From Octopus bimaculoides (taxonomy: Eukaryota): DNA of 64,000 bases. The notes beneath the pieces are model-generated. The model was not told where the DNA came from. It did no database searches and was given only the letters and a program-made list of their open reading frames with translations. Made by a program: the position numbers and the translations under genes. This document shows positions 63,836 to 64,000 of this stretch, one piece after another; position 1 is the first letter of the stretch; each line of letters opens with the position of its first letter. The stretch spans positions 19,260,064 through 19,324,063 of the forward strand of contig NC_068989.1 in the NCBI RefSeq assembly GCF_001194135.2, read 5' to 3'.

Positions 63836-64000
63836 ACCACCATCACCATCACTACTACCACTCTCACCATCACCACCACCACCACCATCATCACCATCAC
63901 TATCTCCAGCACCACCATCACCATCACTACTACCACTCTCACCATCACCACCACCACCACCATCATCACCATCACTATCTCCAGCACCACCATCACCATC
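63836..64000. repeat. 75-bp perfect tandem repeat built from CAC/CAT units
   Basis: 63836-63910 equals 63911-63985, plus a partial third unit. Confidence 0.9.

Overview
AT-rich, repeat-dense eukaryotic DNA with several N gaps. The SINE/LINE/microsatellite make-up resembles a coleoid cephalopod, probably Octopus (inference from repeat style only). The only clearly identifiable gene is tRNA dimethylallyltransferase (TRIT1/MiaA family) on the + strand. Three phase-compatible internal exons were found (10321-10411, 15263-15755, 33619-33761), including an apparent ~145-aa acidic insertion. Its 5' exons and the exons after 33761 were not found. Most of the rest is intronic: several tRNA-derived SINE families (labelled A-D here), decayed RTE, R4/Dong, Penelope-like and CR1/L2-like LINEs, TTAA piggyBac-like MITEs, two GG-terminal MITEs with 8-bp TSDs and internal telomere-like repeats, and many microsatellites. 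Best leads: a 146-bp-arm palindrome whose right arm keeps a minimal hammerhead-ribozyme core, a phase-compatible chain of unidentified antisense exons, and an intronic RFX X-box/CCAAT module. Most tracked ORFs are microsatellite or gap artefacts. No CRISPR, rRNA or true tRNA genes were seen. Repeat boundaries without a stated TSD are approximate.
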